From Thermodesulfobacteriota bacterium (GTDB lineage Bacteria; Desulfobacterota; Desulfarculia; JACQYL01): DNA of 64,000 nucleotides. A program made the position numbers and the translations under genes. Location: positions 960,001-1,024,000 of the forward strand of contig CAXXLZ010000002.1 in NCBI GenBank assembly GCA_963675595.2, given 5' to 3'. The notes beneath the pieces were generated by a model. That model was not told the origin of the DNA. It saw only the letters and a program-made list of their open reading frames with translations, and ran no database searches. This document shows, in pieces, positions 32,849-44,183 of the stretch (position 1 is the stretch's first letter; each line of letters opens with the position of its first letter).

Positions 32849-33982
32849 TCACTCCTCCTCGTCCAGCTTTCGAATACCCAATGTTTCGTGCAAATCCCCC
32901 AGTACATTGCCGTCTTTAACGACCTCCCCCAGCCACTCTTCAAACGGCATTCGGCCCCATCGTACCGCCCGTTCGATCAAAAACGGCACCGGGCTGTGAG
33001 GTTCACTCTTTCTGAAAAAGGCGGCAATTTCCGACAAACGTCGAAGCGCTTCATCGCGGTCGAGACGATCCGACTTGCGGTCTTCGATTACCGACTCGGT
33101 TGACATTCGGCCCGCCAGTCCCTCCGGTCCTGCCTGTACCTCATCGGATGATGCGTTTTCTGTTGGGTCCGGGGCCGAGAGCCCTCTTTGTCTGGCTATG
33201 GAATCCAGAAGGTCGTTGCATTTCTCCAGAGAGCCCTCGATAGTTCTCAAGGCGGGAGGATCCGCTTTGAATAGGGCATCAACCGATGCCCCGAGTTGCG
33301 AGCAAAGAGCCCTGCACCTGGATACGGATTGCATGATTGAAAAATAAAAAGAAGAGGGCGTGGCTGAAGAGGCTTTTTCAAAGTCCTCGGCGGACACCTT
33401 GCTTTTCTCCGCGAGAAGCTCCTCTCTCTTCCCGGGATTCTTCCTGATGAGCTCTTCCAGATGCCTGGATTCGAACCAATGGGTCCACGCGTAGTTCCTC
33501 TCTCCCGCGGAAGTCAGAGGAATTGTCGAAATCGCCTGCCCCAGATGCTTGTCCAACCACTCCAGTCTCCCGGCTCGGGCTCCCTCATCACCGTCTTCGA
33601 CTATCGGGTGGAAGCAGTCCCAGAAATCGGAAATCATTCGAAGTATCAGCCCAAGGCCTTTCTCGACCCCAGGGAAGCCCTCCAGATAAGTGAGGGACTG
33701 CGCAAGCCAGCATGCGATTTCAAGATCCTTGCTCTTATGACTCAGGACATCAATGGCGAGAGTTCTGACCTTGGACCAATCGGCGACCTTGGTCTCCCGT
33801 TGCCAATCGCCTTGGGGAAGGTCTTCTTCCGAGGTTTGTGCTTCGCGTATGCGGTCGTAATCTGCGGAGAACGATATATCTTCGCCGCAAGGAGTTTCTT
33901 CTGAGATGGGCCGAAGCAACTTATCTACAAAACCACTGGTTTCATCCACTGGGAACAACTCCTCACGTGATGCGGCAAGCAC
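32849..33982 (-). CDS. tssA: T6SS TssA (ImpA_N)
   Basis: LLRPIS...CGED, SKDLEIACWL and FFRKSEPHSPVPFLIERAVRW motifs; exact start uncertain. Confidence 0.93.
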   Translation of the reverse strand: MLAASREELFPVDETSGFVDKLLRPISEETPCGEDISFSADYDRIREAQTSEEDLPQGDWQRETKVADWSKVRTLAIDVLSHKSKDLEIACWLAQSLTYLEGFPGVEKGLGLILRMISDFWDCFHPIVEDGDEGARAGRLEWLDKHLGQAISTIPLTSAGERNYAWTHWFESRHLEELIRKNPGKREELLAEKSKVSAEDFEKASSATPSSFYFSIMQSVSRCRALCSQLGASVDALFKADPPALRTIEGSLEKCNDLLDSIARQRGLSAPDPTENASSDEVQAGPEGLAGRMSTESVIEDRKSDRLDRDEALRRLSEIAAFFRKSEPHSPVPFLIERAVRWGRMPFEEWLGEVVKDGNVLGDLHETLGIRKLDEEE

Positions 33983-34373
33983 TGGAAGGCGAATACCTTT
34001 TCAAACCCAAGATAGAGCACAATTCCAGGGACACCCGTCATCGTCGAGGCCGTAACCCGACTTCAACACCGGAAAAGATGATATTTTAATGTAAGCTCAA
34101 GTTTTTAGCTCAAAATTAACCCTAAAGGGGCCGATCATCAAATCAGGGCATCAAATAACCTTCAGGACAACGGTCCCATCTATGCCTGAACTTACGGTCT
34201 CTCCGCAATCTTCCGAGCCGGGGATTGCACAGGTTGAGGCTTGCCTCAAATCGATATGTGGAGTTTTGATGCTTTGTTGATGACAGAATCCCTTCATGTC
34301 GTGACAAGAATTTAGAGATATCTTCAGCTCTTCCGGAATGTGTCAATGAAAATGAGACACCTGTTTTCAGAAA

Positions 34374-35369
34374 TTAGACTCTCACGTCATCGCTCGACGG
34401 TTTGTTGATCCACGCGGCCTTGGGCAATTTTGGCGGCTGTGGCACCTTTCCTTTGAAACGGTTGGGGTTGCTCCGGAAGGCAGCCCGAAGAACTTGGCTG
34501 CGACACGCTACAATGTCCTGGGCGAGTCCGTAATGGAGCTGTTCGGGTGTGACCAACCCGATGCCTGAATGCCGATGCTCGGGGTTGTACCAGGAGAAGA
34601 ACTCCCGGCAGAAAGACCGGGCATCCTGGATTGATCCAAACCGTTTCGGGAATTTCGGGCAATACTTGAGGGTTTTAAACTGCGCCTCCGAGTAGGGGTT
34701 ATCATTGCTGACATAGGGTCGGCTGTGGGTCTTGGTCACTCCAAGGTCTCCCATGAACTCGGCTACGGACTTCGCTTTCATCGCCGGGCCTCGATCCGCA
34801 TGGATGATGAGTTGGCCGGACTTGATATCCTGCTTGAAGCACGTCTCTTCGATGAGTTGCCTGGCCAAAGCGGCGCTTTCCCGATGGGCCACCATCCAGC
34901 CGACCACGTAGCGGCTGAAGATGTCCATGATCACGTAAAGATGGAAATAGGTCCACTTCACAGGCCCTTTTAGCTTCGTAATATCCCAGGACCACACTTT
35001 GTTGGGTCCGGTCGCAAGCAACTCGGGCTTTTTATAGACAGGCCGCCGCGCCTGCTTTCTTCGCTCTTTGACATCACCGGATTCCGCTTTGAGAATCCGG
35101 TACATGGTCCGGATAGAGCAGTAGTACTGTCCTTCATCGAGCAAGACGGCAAAGACCTGACGGGGAGCATCATCCTGAAAACGGGAGCTGTTAAGCAGAT
35201 CGACCACGGTTTCCCGCTCCTGGGGGTTCAGAGCCAAGGGAGGCGCCGGCCGAGGTGTGCGGGCCGCCGCCGGCTTCAGGCGGCGATAGAAACTCGCACG
35301 GGGCAGGCCCATGGCTCCACATGCCTGCACGGTTCCCACCTCGGTGCGCAGCTCCATCGCCGCGCTCAT
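34374..35369 (-). CDS. IS3-family transposase OrfB (rve DDE)
   Basis: WSWDIT, DIFSRYVVGW, HADRG and NDNPYSEAQFKTLK motifs. Confidence 0.93.
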   Translation of the reverse strand: MSAAMELRTEVGTVQACGAMGLPRASFYRRLKPAAARTPRPAPPLALNPQERETVVDLLNSSRFQDDAPRQVFAVLLDEGQYYCSIRTMYRILKAESGDVKERRKQARRPVYKKPELLATGPNKVWSWDITKLKGPVKWTYFHLYVIMDIFSRYVVGWMVAHRESAALARQLIEETCFKQDIKSGQLIIHADRGPAMKAKSVAEFMGDLGVTKTHSRPYVSNDNPYSEAQFKTLKYCPKFPKRFGSIQDARSFCREFFSWYNPEHRHSGIGLVTPEQLHYGLAQDIVACRSQVLRAAFRSNPNRFKGKVPQPPKLPKAAWINKPSSDDVRV

Positions 35370-35857
35370 GAACTGCTCCCGTCGTCGTCCAGGTCCGGCT
35401 GAGCGATCCCCAGTATCTCCGAGATTTTTTTTTGAACTTCGATGATGGTTCGCGCCTGTTTCAGTTGATTCTCGAGACGGCGGTTCTCCCTTTCAAGCCG
35501 GGCCACCCGCTCTGCCATAGGGTTCTTCTGCTTGGGCTTCCGGCCTCGCTTCTTTGGCCCAAGCGCCCTCAACTGCCCCTGGTCACGTTGTCTACGCCAT
35601 GTCGCCAGACTCGAAGAATACAGGCCTTCTCGCCGAAGTAGAGCCCCGAGCCGGCCCGGTTCAGTACACGCATCGGCTTCCTCCAGGATTCTCAGCTTGT
35701 ACCGGGCTGTAAATCTGCGACGAGGCTTCTTCTCTGGAACCTCCGGGTCGGGGACCGTGACGTGCTTCCCGATCGTGGTAACTCCGGTCGTCCTACGGAC
35801 TCCCTCCGTTACCACGATTCCCTCATCCGGATTCTCTTTCTCTCTGTGCCTCATCAT
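35366..35857 (-). CDS. IS3-family transposase OrfA (HTH)
   Basis: RRRFTARYKLRILEEAD and LLRREGLYSS motifs; ATGA overlap with OrfB. Confidence 0.9.
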   Translation of the reverse strand: MMRHREKENPDEGIVVTEGVRRTTGVTTIGKHVTVPDPEVPEKKPRRRFTARYKLRILEEADACTEPGRLGALLRREGLYSSSLATWRRQRDQGQLRALGPKKRGRKPKQKNPMAERVARLERENRRLENQLKQARTIIEVQKKISEILGIAQPDLDDDGSSS

Positions 35858-36050
35858 GCTCCATCTCCTACCCGCCCTACACTAATTTATCAACGGGTAG
35901 GTGTCTCACTCTCATTGGCACAGAGGGTTCCGAATTGGTTCGAGCTCTCTGAATCCGGTCCGCACGATGTTCTGTTACCAATGCTTTCGGTAGGTGTGAG
36001 CAATTATCTACAGGAGTCTATGTTCAGTCAATAATTTTGTACTTCCATGC

Positions 36051-37308
36051 CATTGCTGTCCCATAAAGATTACCAGAGAGATAGTTGTTTATTATCAATG
36101 GGTTGAGAGTTTGTAGGTTCGAAGAGAGACGTAATATCCCGTAATGAGAAGAGATTCAACTGTAGGAGCCGGATGATGGCCCCGAGGGTTTGGGTCAGTT
36201 TGGCTTTGAATTTGAGGAAGGCAAGGAGGAGATAAACGATCATCGCGACCCACAACTGAGTCAGGACGGCATTAAGAGAAGTTCCCAAGAAGGTCTTCAC
36301 TTTGAGATTCTGCTTGATCCATTTGAAGAAGAGTTCGATTTGCCACCGCTCCTTGTACAGCTCGGCCACGGTTCCGGCCTTGAGATGGAAGGCGTTGGTG
36401 AGGAACCGATACTCCTTGCCGGTCTTCCGATCGTGATATTCCACCAGACGAAGTGGTTCGGTCAGGCCGCCGAGGTATATCTCGCGATCGCTTTTGATCC
36501 CCTCGGCTTTGCGACCACTGCGCTTACGGCCGACCCGGATTTTGGCGTTGCTCTTGAGTCTGGTCACGAAGAACAGGCCATTTTTCATGAGGGAGGCATA
36601 CCAGTCATAGTCGGTGAAACCGCGATCGAAGACAACGAAGGAGCCCTTGGGCAGTTGCAGAGACCTGGCCCTCTTGATTTCATGCCCTTTGCCGTCCGTC
36701 ACCGACAAAAAGGAGGGAAGGTAGCCGTCGGCGTCCAGACCCATGTGCACCTTCACCGCCCCCTTGCTCCGGGTATATTGAGCCCACGGAAAGACGGACA
36801 AGCAGAGTTCAATCATCGTGGCGTCCAGCAGATAGAGCTTGGCTCTGAACTTGAATCGGTTTCCCGGAGCTGAATTGCGACATCGCGTAAGGAGCCTCTC
36901 GAACAGGAGTCGGTAGAGGTCTGCCGGTTGTTTGTCGTTGGTTCGCGCAAGATTCGATCGCGAAAGGCTCCGCATACCCAGATGATACAGTCTTTGCGCC
37001 CGGGCGCCGATGTTGTCCACCAAGTCCCTCAGGCTAACCCGCCCGGAAAGCTGGGCGATGATCAGCGCCATAATTGAGACCATCGGTTGAAACTTCGAAA
37101 ACGGCGTCCAATATGATGCACCTTGGCAAAACTATCGAATTCATGTCTCGGAAGAAATGCAACTACTTGACTTAGGATTGTGTTACGATGTGCCACGGCT
37201 CGGATCCCCTTGTTTTGTTAGTGATTTTTGGCAAAACCATTATAACACAGGGGGCTTCCAGAGCCGTTTCTTATTGATTATCCTTGGTTATTTTGTGGGA
37301 CAGCAGTG
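36051..37308 (-). mobile_element. IS4-family element with 9-bp target duplication
   Basis: IR CATTGCTGTCCCATAAA / TTTTGTGGGACAGCAGTG; TSD CTTCCATGC at 36042-36050 and 37309-37317. Confidence 0.93.
36070..37196 (-). pseudogene. IS4-family transposase (DUF4372 N-terminus), frameshifted near 37072
   Basis: GTG 37196 gives MAHRNTILSQVVAFLPRHEF...FNRWSQ. The sequence TGG TCT CAA TT ATG then lacks one base before MALIIAQLSGR. YKERWQIELFFKWIKQ signature present. Confidence 0.85.
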
Positions 37309-37537
37309 CTTCCATGCTAACATTTATGTATAAATAAATATGTCCATACGCTATTGTATATATACATAATTTTAAAAAAATAGCGGTTCGCCCTTCCCAA
37401 AGCAAGCCCGATACTGCTTCCGAAGCTTCCAAGCCTACTGAGATTTGTATTATAAAAACAAAACCAGGGGGCAAGTCTATAGGTAGCTCCCGTCATTTTT
37501 CACCTTCACAGCATTTTTGTAACAATATTGAAGTGCC

Positions 37538-37936
37538 TCACACCGAGGCGCCCCCATCCACTCCAACCTGCTCCGCAATCTCGTTCATGCTTTCGAATAC
37601 CCTGATCACTTCCTTGGCGAAGAATTCGTTGTTCTCGATCGAAGGCCTTTGAACGCAACCATCACTCCTCACAACGCTCGCCTGGTAGACCAGCTTGAAG
37701 GCCATTCCGAGCCGAGCCTGCATGGTACGCTCGTCTTTCCATTTCCGTCGCACGACAGTCTTCACATTTTGTGGTGAACTTGGGTCTTCTTTCTCCAGCA
37801 ATTCGTCGATCATCCCCGATGCTTCTTCCAAGGTCAGGCTTTCCAAAGCTCGATCAAATCTGGTCTCGGTTCGATCGATCAGGTCAGCCAAGAACTCGAT
37901 TTGCTTTGGGCTTGCCATTCTACTTACAGCTTCCAT
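37538..37936 (-). CDS. Hypothetical protein of mobile-element type (ASPKQ..L...EASGMIDEL helical motif)
   Basis: GGAGG RBS before ATG 37936; located at the island end. Confidence 0.6.
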   Translation of the reverse strand: MEAVSRMASPKQIEFLADLIDRTETRFDRALESLTLEEASGMIDELLEKEDPSSPQNVKTVVRRKWKDERTMQARLGMAFKLVYQASVVRSDGCVQRPSIENNEFFAKEVIRVFESMNEIAEQVGVDGGASV

Positions 37937-38235
37937 TTTCTTTTCCTCCGAGTGAACGGCTTTTGTTGCCCCTCTCCTCAGGTCTTGAGGGAGAGGGGTT
38001 TGACCAATTAATGCAAAGGTCAGCCGTTCCGGCACCAAACTCCCCATACAGACTTTTCAAAGGCTATGAGAAAAGAAAGTCACTGGATTAATCGGGTAGC
38101 TCATTGAAATTCAAGGCTTAACCGGCTATACAGGACAAAGGTGTTCTTGAAGGATTGAACTCGAAACGTCACCCGTGAACACGCAATGCCCGCAATGAGA
38201 GTCTTCCTGGATAGCCGCGACTCTGTCGGCATTCC

Positions 38236-38256
38236 GGTGTGTCATTTGGTGTGTCA
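38236..38256. repeat. Direct repeat GGTGTGTCA x2, putative integrase arm-type sites
   Basis: GGTGTGTCA-TTT-GGTGTGTCA about 120 bp inside the att-like site. Confidence 0.5.
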
Positions 38257-38372
38257 CTTTTCGGAAAATCGGTAAAAATCGGAATCAAATGCCCGAAATT
38301 AAAAATCGACTAATCCTGTAAAATCAGAAAATTACTCTCAATTGAGGAATTTGGAAACTTGAGAGTTCGGTT

Positions 38373-38417
38373 CTTACAAGCCGGGGGTCGCAGGTTCGAA
38401 TCCTGTCCCGCCTACCA
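38373..38417 (+). mobile_element. att-like site: 3' half of tRNA-Val(TAC)
   Basis: CTTACAA anticodon loop, GCCGG, T-arm GCAGG-TTCGAAT-CCTGT and CCCGCCT-ACCA end. No matching 5' acceptor strand or D arm upstream. Confidence 0.88.
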
Positions 38418-38589
38418 TTGTGAAATCAGAGGGTCGCGCAGGTTAGGCCGCCCCTCCAAACCAATCAATTACAGCATTCCCCAACACTATCCCCCGAATC
38501 CATGCCATATTCTGGGCGGATGACGTTGAATCCCGTCTCCGGCATCTAAGGGCGGCCTCCTCCTGGGTGCCGGCTCTTGCTTCTCTTGG

Positions 38590-38870
38590 CCTCGTCAACA
38601 GAACCCATAGGTGTGATGATTGTCATTCTCTCCGTAGAATCCGGACAAGCCCGCTTCATCACTGGCACTTGCCGTCTTTGTGGTCTTGATAAAAATGAAT
38701 CTGTACCTGTGAGAAATAATCATTTGCCTTAAGAGGTTGTTTCAGTTCTTTGGTGAAATAGCTTAACTGCTGTCTGATAAAGCTCTTCCTCTTTTTTCAG
38801 AATGGGGCCACAATTATCTTTTCCTGGTTTATTCTCAGGAATGATTCCATTTCTTTCCAGTTGTCATCCA
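38590..38870 (-). pseudogene. Sulfotransferase-family remnants
   Basis: ATG 38723 gives MIISHRYRFIFIKTTKTASAS, a degenerate 5'-PAPS-binding KTAGTS motif. Just upstream is EEELYQTAVKLFHQR*, a typical sulfotransferase C-terminus. Confidence 0.6.
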
Positions 38871-38888
38871 TTGTGTGACCGGGGGCTC

Positions 38889-39343
38889 CTAAAGCCTCTT
38901 TAGATGATACGACCTTAGCGCAAAGCCCCTTAGCAATGAATCACCGGATTCCGGCCCTGAAGGCTTCAAGGGATAGGTTCCGGGGACTTCGAACGTGATT
39001 CTCATCAATCCGTTTGGCGGAATGGCGCTTCTTGGGATTCGCATTTTGATGCATTTTCCTGTTAAACGATGGGCCACTGGGTTGCCGTTGGCGAACACCT
39101 TGATCTGAGATAAGACTGATTTGTGGGATGAATTGAATATCTCAATAATTAGATCGTAGTCGCACGAGTTCTCAAGCCTCAAATCAAGATCGGATATGTT
39201 TCCCGGGCCCGACCAGCGGTGGGGAATCCGTTCAGGGTCATGCACATCATGCCATCCGGTCCCACGGATTTCCATACCGGCATCCCAATGGGATTGCTCT
39301 TTTTGTCCAGCCAGGTGATGGATGTAGTTTTTATTAGCTATTT
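38889..39343 (-). pseudogene. C-terminal beta-sandwich fragment of a polysaccharide-modifying protein, 5' end cut by IS1380
   Basis: GTGWHD..RWSG motif; the ORF-track start (39389) lies inside the IS end. Confidence 0.55.
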
Positions 39344-41010
39344 CCTGAATCCGTGAATGGGAAACTATGAGGTTAACATGGTTGCCCACATAACTATTTG
39401 ATAAAATGAGTTATTTCTGTAATAGTGTTGCCTGTTATCGATTCACTCAACAGGTGAAGGCTATGCGGAAGATTACCATCGAAAGGTCGGAGACCGAGTT
39501 CTATACGGCGCATTCCGGACTGTCCCTGGCTGGACTCTTGATCAACCACCACACGGAGTTGTGTCGGAAGGCGGATTTGGCCGTACCCGGCATGCCGAGC
39601 GTGTCTCATTCGGATGTGTTGAAGAGCTACCTGGGATTGCTTTGCATCGGCAAAAGCGATTTCGAGGCGGTGGCCGGGATGCGGAGCAATGATTGGTTCA
39701 AAACGGCGTTGGATATCCGGAAGGTGCCGTCCAAAGAGACCTTGCGGCAGCGTTTGGACAAGAACGCTGCGGTGCTTAAGGAACTCGTCAACGGGAGTTC
39801 CATCGAGATGCTCAAAGCGGTGAAGGCGCCGGTTACCGCCGGATCTATGGGACATGTTCCTCTCGATATCGACGTGTTTCCCATGGACAACTCGGAGACC
39901 AAGAAAGAAGGGGTTTCCCGAACCTACCAGGGCTATGACGGGTATGCGCCCATAGCGGCGTACCTTGGCGAAGAAGGTTGGTGCATCGGTCTTGAGCTTC
40001 GTGAAGGCAGCCAACATAGTCAGAAAGGATTTCTTCCCTTCTTGGCTCGGGTGATTCGACGGGCGCGGGAGTTGACGGGAAAAAGCCTTTTGGTGCGCCT
40101 CGATGCCGCCCACTGCGCGTTGGAGACCTTGGCGGCGCTCCGTCAACACAGGAAGGTCTTCTTCGTGGTCAAGTGGAATCCCCGGAAAGAGGACCCTCTG
40201 GCTTGGCGGGACCGAATCTTCGCCGAAGGCAAAGTGAGTGTGCCGCGACCGGGCAAGAAGGTGGCCGTGATGACGGTGCATGAGACGTATGAGGTCCAAG
40301 GGAAGAAGATGCGATTCATGCGGGTGATGCGGGTGACGGAGCGCACCGTGGATCGGCACGGGCAACGGCTGTTGCTGCCGGAGGTTACGTTGGAAGGATG
40401 GTGGACCAACCTGGTTCTGCCCGAGGAACGGATCATCCGGTTGTACGAGAAGCATGGGACGAGCGAGCAGTTTCACAGCGAAATCAAGACCGATCTGGAT
40501 ATGGAACGGCTGCCGTCGGGCAAGTTCGCCACCAACGCCCTGGTGTTGACGTGCGCAGGCATGGTCTACAATATCCTGCGTATTATCGGTCAGTTTGGAC
40601 TGCTCGGCGACCGTTCTCCGGTGCGGCATCCGGCCAAACGCCGCCGCATCCGCACCGTCATTCAGGAGCTCATGACGATTGCGGGTCGATTCATCAGGAC
40701 GGGACGTCGGCTGATCCTGCGCCTGGGTCGCCATTGTCCTGCCTATGAGGCGTTTGTGGATGTGCATTCGCGGCTGTCTCCCGGATAATCCGGGTCCTGA
40801 TGACCCGTTCCGTGGCCGAAACTGGGGCTTGAAAGGATAGCCATGTCCTGACCCGCTGAAAAACTGCTCGTTTGGCCACAATCGGCAGCTGAAGGCATGA
40901 TGACGGCATCAATACGTTCTTGAGCGCCCATCAGACCGGGGCAATCATCCGAAAAAATGCGCTCAGAACTGTGCAAACAGCTCACAGCGAAATTAGTTCA
41001 CTGATTCAGG
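39344..41010 (+). mobile_element. IS1380-family element
   Basis: IR CCTGAATCCGTGAA / TTCACTGATTCAGG; no target duplication visible. Confidence 0.88.
39406..40788 (+). CDS. IS1380-family transposase
   Basis: LDIDVFPMDNS..KKEGVSRTY, RLDAA and Y..HGTSEQFHSEIKTD motifs; the true start is probably MRKITI. Confidence 0.9.
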   Translation: MSYFCNSVACYRFTQQVKAMRKITIERSETEFYTAHSGLSLAGLLINHHTELCRKADLAVPGMPSVSHSDVLKSYLGLLCIGKSDFEAVAGMRSNDWFKTALDIRKVPSKETLRQRLDKNAAVLKELVNGSSIEMLKAVKAPVTAGSMGHVPLDIDVFPMDNSETKKEGVSRTYQGYDGYAPIAAYLGEEGWCIGLELREGSQHSQKGFLPFLARVIRRARELTGKSLLVRLDAAHCALETLAALRQHRKVFFVVKWNPRKEDPLAWRDRIFAEGKVSVPRPGKKVAVMTVHETYEVQGKKMRFMRVMRVTERTVDRHGQRLLLPEVTLEGWWTNLVLPEERIIRLYEKHGTSEQFHSEIKTDLDMERLPSGKFATNALVLTCAGMVYNILRIIGQFGLLGDRSPVRHPAKRRRIRTVIQELMTIAGRFIRTGRRLILRLGRHCPAYEAFVDVHSRLSPG

Positions 41011-41189
41011 AATATGTTATTCGTGTTAATGATGCTGGTATCGAATTTTCTACGAGACCTTCGACTTTGTTGGCCTCCGTTAATGTCCGCTTTACTCTTT
41101 CTGATACTGCGTATGAACCTATGTAGGTTTCCTCGCCAATTCTCCCTATATATCTAGGGAACTTGCTATAAACTCAATTTAGGTTTCTT

Positions 41190-41818
41190 ATGAAAATAAT
41201 GGTTGACGGGTATAATCTCAGGTTGACATCAGGCACAGGTGTGGCCACTTACGGTAGAAATCTGATCGGTGCACTCAAAGAACTGGGCCATGAAATTGGG
41301 TACCTCACAGATAGGCGCATCAAACCGGGTCCATCCTCCACCTTGCAGTTCTACTCCGCTCAACCGCGAGTCTCTTACAAAAGCAAATTAGGCTATCTGC
41401 GTCTGGCGAAGGATCTCATCTTTCCAAAAAGACGTCTGAAGTTGCAGGAATTCAATTCAAGACAAACAGCCTTGATTGAATTCAAAGCAATGAGCGAGGC
41501 ATTTCCCGAGTTTGATTTCTTTGCCTCTAGAAGAAACTTGTTTGAGCTTGCTCACGCCTATTTTCGCCTTTTTAAACGGTTTCTTCCCATTAGACTTACA
41601 CAACGCATTGACGTCATGCACTGGACTTACCCGATACCCATTAGAGTCATAGGGGTTAAGAACATTTATACGATTCATGACATTATCCCGCTGAAATATC
41701 CGTTCTTCTCTCCTATCGACCTGGAACTGCACCACAGGATGCTCAAGAGCATTGTTCAAAACTCGGAGTTGATCGTAACCGTTTCGGAACAATCAAAAAA
41801 GGATATCCGCCAATTCTT
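41190..41818 (+). pseudogene. GT4 glycosyltransferase, 3'-truncated by IS1
   Basis: GTGVATY, TIHDIIP and IVTVSEQSKKDI motifs; C-terminal Rossmann domain missing; frame runs into the IS IR. Confidence 0.85.
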
Positions 41819-43014
41819 GGTACTGTCCCCATATTATTGACATGATACCGGATACGCCAACAATTCTAAGAACGACCAGGGATGGTCGGTCACGTTCGCG
41901 GCCATCGCTGGGGTCTTGGGCTGAAATGTCCGGTTTGCCCTACGGCTGAGCGTTCCATGGGGTCGAACAAAATTATAACAGGCCACACAGATGGCGAACT
42001 TGGCCCGAAGCCAGCGCCACGAGCGTGCGAATGTAAGGGATTTGCGAACCAAATGAGCATCCCACAGACGCCAGTGCAGATTGGAGCGCTCGACAAAGGC
42101 GGTATTGATTGTGTGGCTGGGCGAACCCTCCAACCGCTCGTGTACGCTCTGCTCACTGCCGAAAACCACTCGGCGCTCCACCTTAACCACCCTGCCGCCC
42201 TCGCGGGTTTTGTGCACTGTGGCGTAATCCAAATCAGCATCGACCACTCGTTCGGGGTTCCTGGGCCGGCCCGGTTTCCCCGTCGGCATCACTGGGACCT
42301 GCTTGTGGAAGAACTCCGCCAACATCGTGACATAATGAGGCAGCTCGTCCGATACGAACAATGGCTTACTCCGGCAGCGAGCGGTCAAATCCTGAAGCAT
42401 TCTTCGGGCGTCGTCCAATTCTCGTCCGCCAATCCAGAACGTGATCAGCAATCGTGTGGGGACATCGATGGCCGTCCAGATCCATGTCCGCCCGTATCGC
42501 TCCTCGAGGTCTTGGGCGGCGCCAGAATGTTCCTTTTTTTTACAAAGGTCCACAGCTCATCCAGTTGTGCCTCCGTCAGCTCCAGCGAGGTCAACAGACT
42601 GGATAGCACGGACGCGCAATGCTCGCCGGCACGCAGGATCACCCGATTTACCGTATCCTTGTCCAATGCCAGCAGACGCGCCGTGGCCCGGACTCCTACG
42701 CCCTCGGCTGCATGATGGATGATCTCTCGAATCGTTTCCGCCGGCAGATGCAGGCCAAACAGGGCGCTGGATTGAGTGGCGGCGAAACGCTTCCCGCAGG
42801 TGCGACAGTAAAGGAGATCGCGACTTTTGTCCTTGCCGTACTTGCCGCGAACCGCGATGTTGCCTTGATTACTCAACCCGTAATTCTTGCACTTTTCGTT
42901 CGGACAGAAGCATCTCTCAAGTTCGGTCACCGATTGCCCCCTTGAAACATGAAGTCACTCCGGGGCAATTATAATCAAGACGCTTTGACGTGTCAACTAA
43001 ATGGGGACATTACC
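41819..43014 (-). mobile_element. IS1-family element
   Basis: IR GGTACTGTCCCCATATTATTGACA / TGTCAACTAAATGGGGACATTACC. Confidence 0.9.
41834..42930 (-). CDS. IS1-family transposase InsA/InsB joined by a probable -1 frameshift
   Basis: InsA Zn finger CPNEKC..CRTC plus HTH, then DELWTFVKK. An A8 run at 42534-42541 shifts into InsB (SDE, INTAFVERSN). Confidence 0.85.
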
Positions 43015-44147
43015 CAATCGTTTGCCGGGAGGCCTTATCCAGGGCGAAGATGAAGGGTACCGACATAAATGAACTTTATTACGGTATGTGTATTCAGTCC
43101 GAGGCGGCTCTGCTCTATAATGTCATTGGCCGACAGGCCTTAATTCATGCCGGACTATCTCCGGATACCATTTCTCTCACCATAGACCGAGCCTGCTGTT
43201 CCTCGATGACCGCCGTCCATCTGAGCCGAAAATCCATATTGCTCGGTGAGGCAAATGTCTGTATGGCGGTTGGGGCCGAGAATATGAGCAACACACCGAT
43301 CGTCCTCAATGGACATCGGTGGGGCACAGGCCTCCAAAGACCTGTTATTGTGGATCATTTGAATCCGATCATGTACGTGGGCTTCAAATCCATTGCCGCG
43401 GATGCCGGCGAAACGGCACTGGAACACGGCATACCTCGAGAAATGCAGGATGAGTGGGCATACCATTCACAAATGAAATACCAGGCCGCCAAGAAGCAGG
43501 GAAAGTTCGCCATCGGGGAAGAATTGACGGCAGTTGAAATTCCTCAGAAGAGAGGGGAGCCGCTGGTCTTTGTCGAGGATGAATTCCCGAAACCGAATAC
43601 CACGGTTGAAAAGCTGGCCACACTGAAAACCGTGTACGGCAGCCCCACGGTAACGGCCGGAAACGCTCCCGGACTGGACGCCGGCGCCGCAGCTTTGATC
43701 ATTACCAATCGTTCCACCGCGGCTGAGCACGGCCTTCAACCACTGGGGATCGTCCTTTCCGTTGGAAGCGCTGCGAGAGAACCGCATTTGATGGCTGAAG
43801 TTCCGGCCTATGCCATCATGCAGGCCCTTGAGCGTGCCGATCTAACCGTAAGGGATTTGGATCTCCTTGAAATCAATGAGGCGTTTGCCGCGGTACCGCT
43901 GGTTTCGACCAAATTGCTGGCCAAAGGAGACCCGACTCAATGGGACACGATCAGGGCCAAAACCAATCCCAACGGCGGCGCCATTGCCATTGGCCATCCG
44001 GTGGGCGCAAGCGGGGCGAGAATATTAATGACCGCGATGTATGAACTTCGTCGAAGGGGCGGCGGTGTTGCCGCCGTCGGGATTTGCGGAGGGCTGGCCC
44101 AGGGAGACGCGGTTGTCGTCAAGGTTGATGAGACTTGTTTGCGATAA
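43015..44147 (+). pseudogene. Thiolase (acetyl-CoA acyltransferase), N-terminus removed by IS1
   Basis: RACCSS, INEAFA, GHPVGASGAR and ICGGLAQG motifs; lacks the N-terminal RTP motif; ORF-track start 42990 is inside the IR. Confidence 0.85.
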
Positions 44148-44183
44148 TGTATAATAGAAGCCTGCTGGGAAGATTTGGTTGTT

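Larger units (their letters stand above)
34339..35922 (-). mobile_element. IS3-family insertion sequence
   Basis: IR TGTGTCAATGAAAATGAGACACCT (34339) versus AGGTGTCTCACTCTCATTGGCACA (to 35922). Ends may extend to CGGAA/TTCCG at 34334/35932. Confidence 0.88.

Noticed and set aside
34315-34346. Hybrid promoter from the IS3 outward TTGACA driving tssA
   Set aside because: No convincing -10 at 16-18 bp spacing (AGATAT).
38340-38417. Intact tRNA-Val gene
   Set aside because: The 5' acceptor strand, D arm and 5' anticodon stem do not pair; only the 3' half is present.
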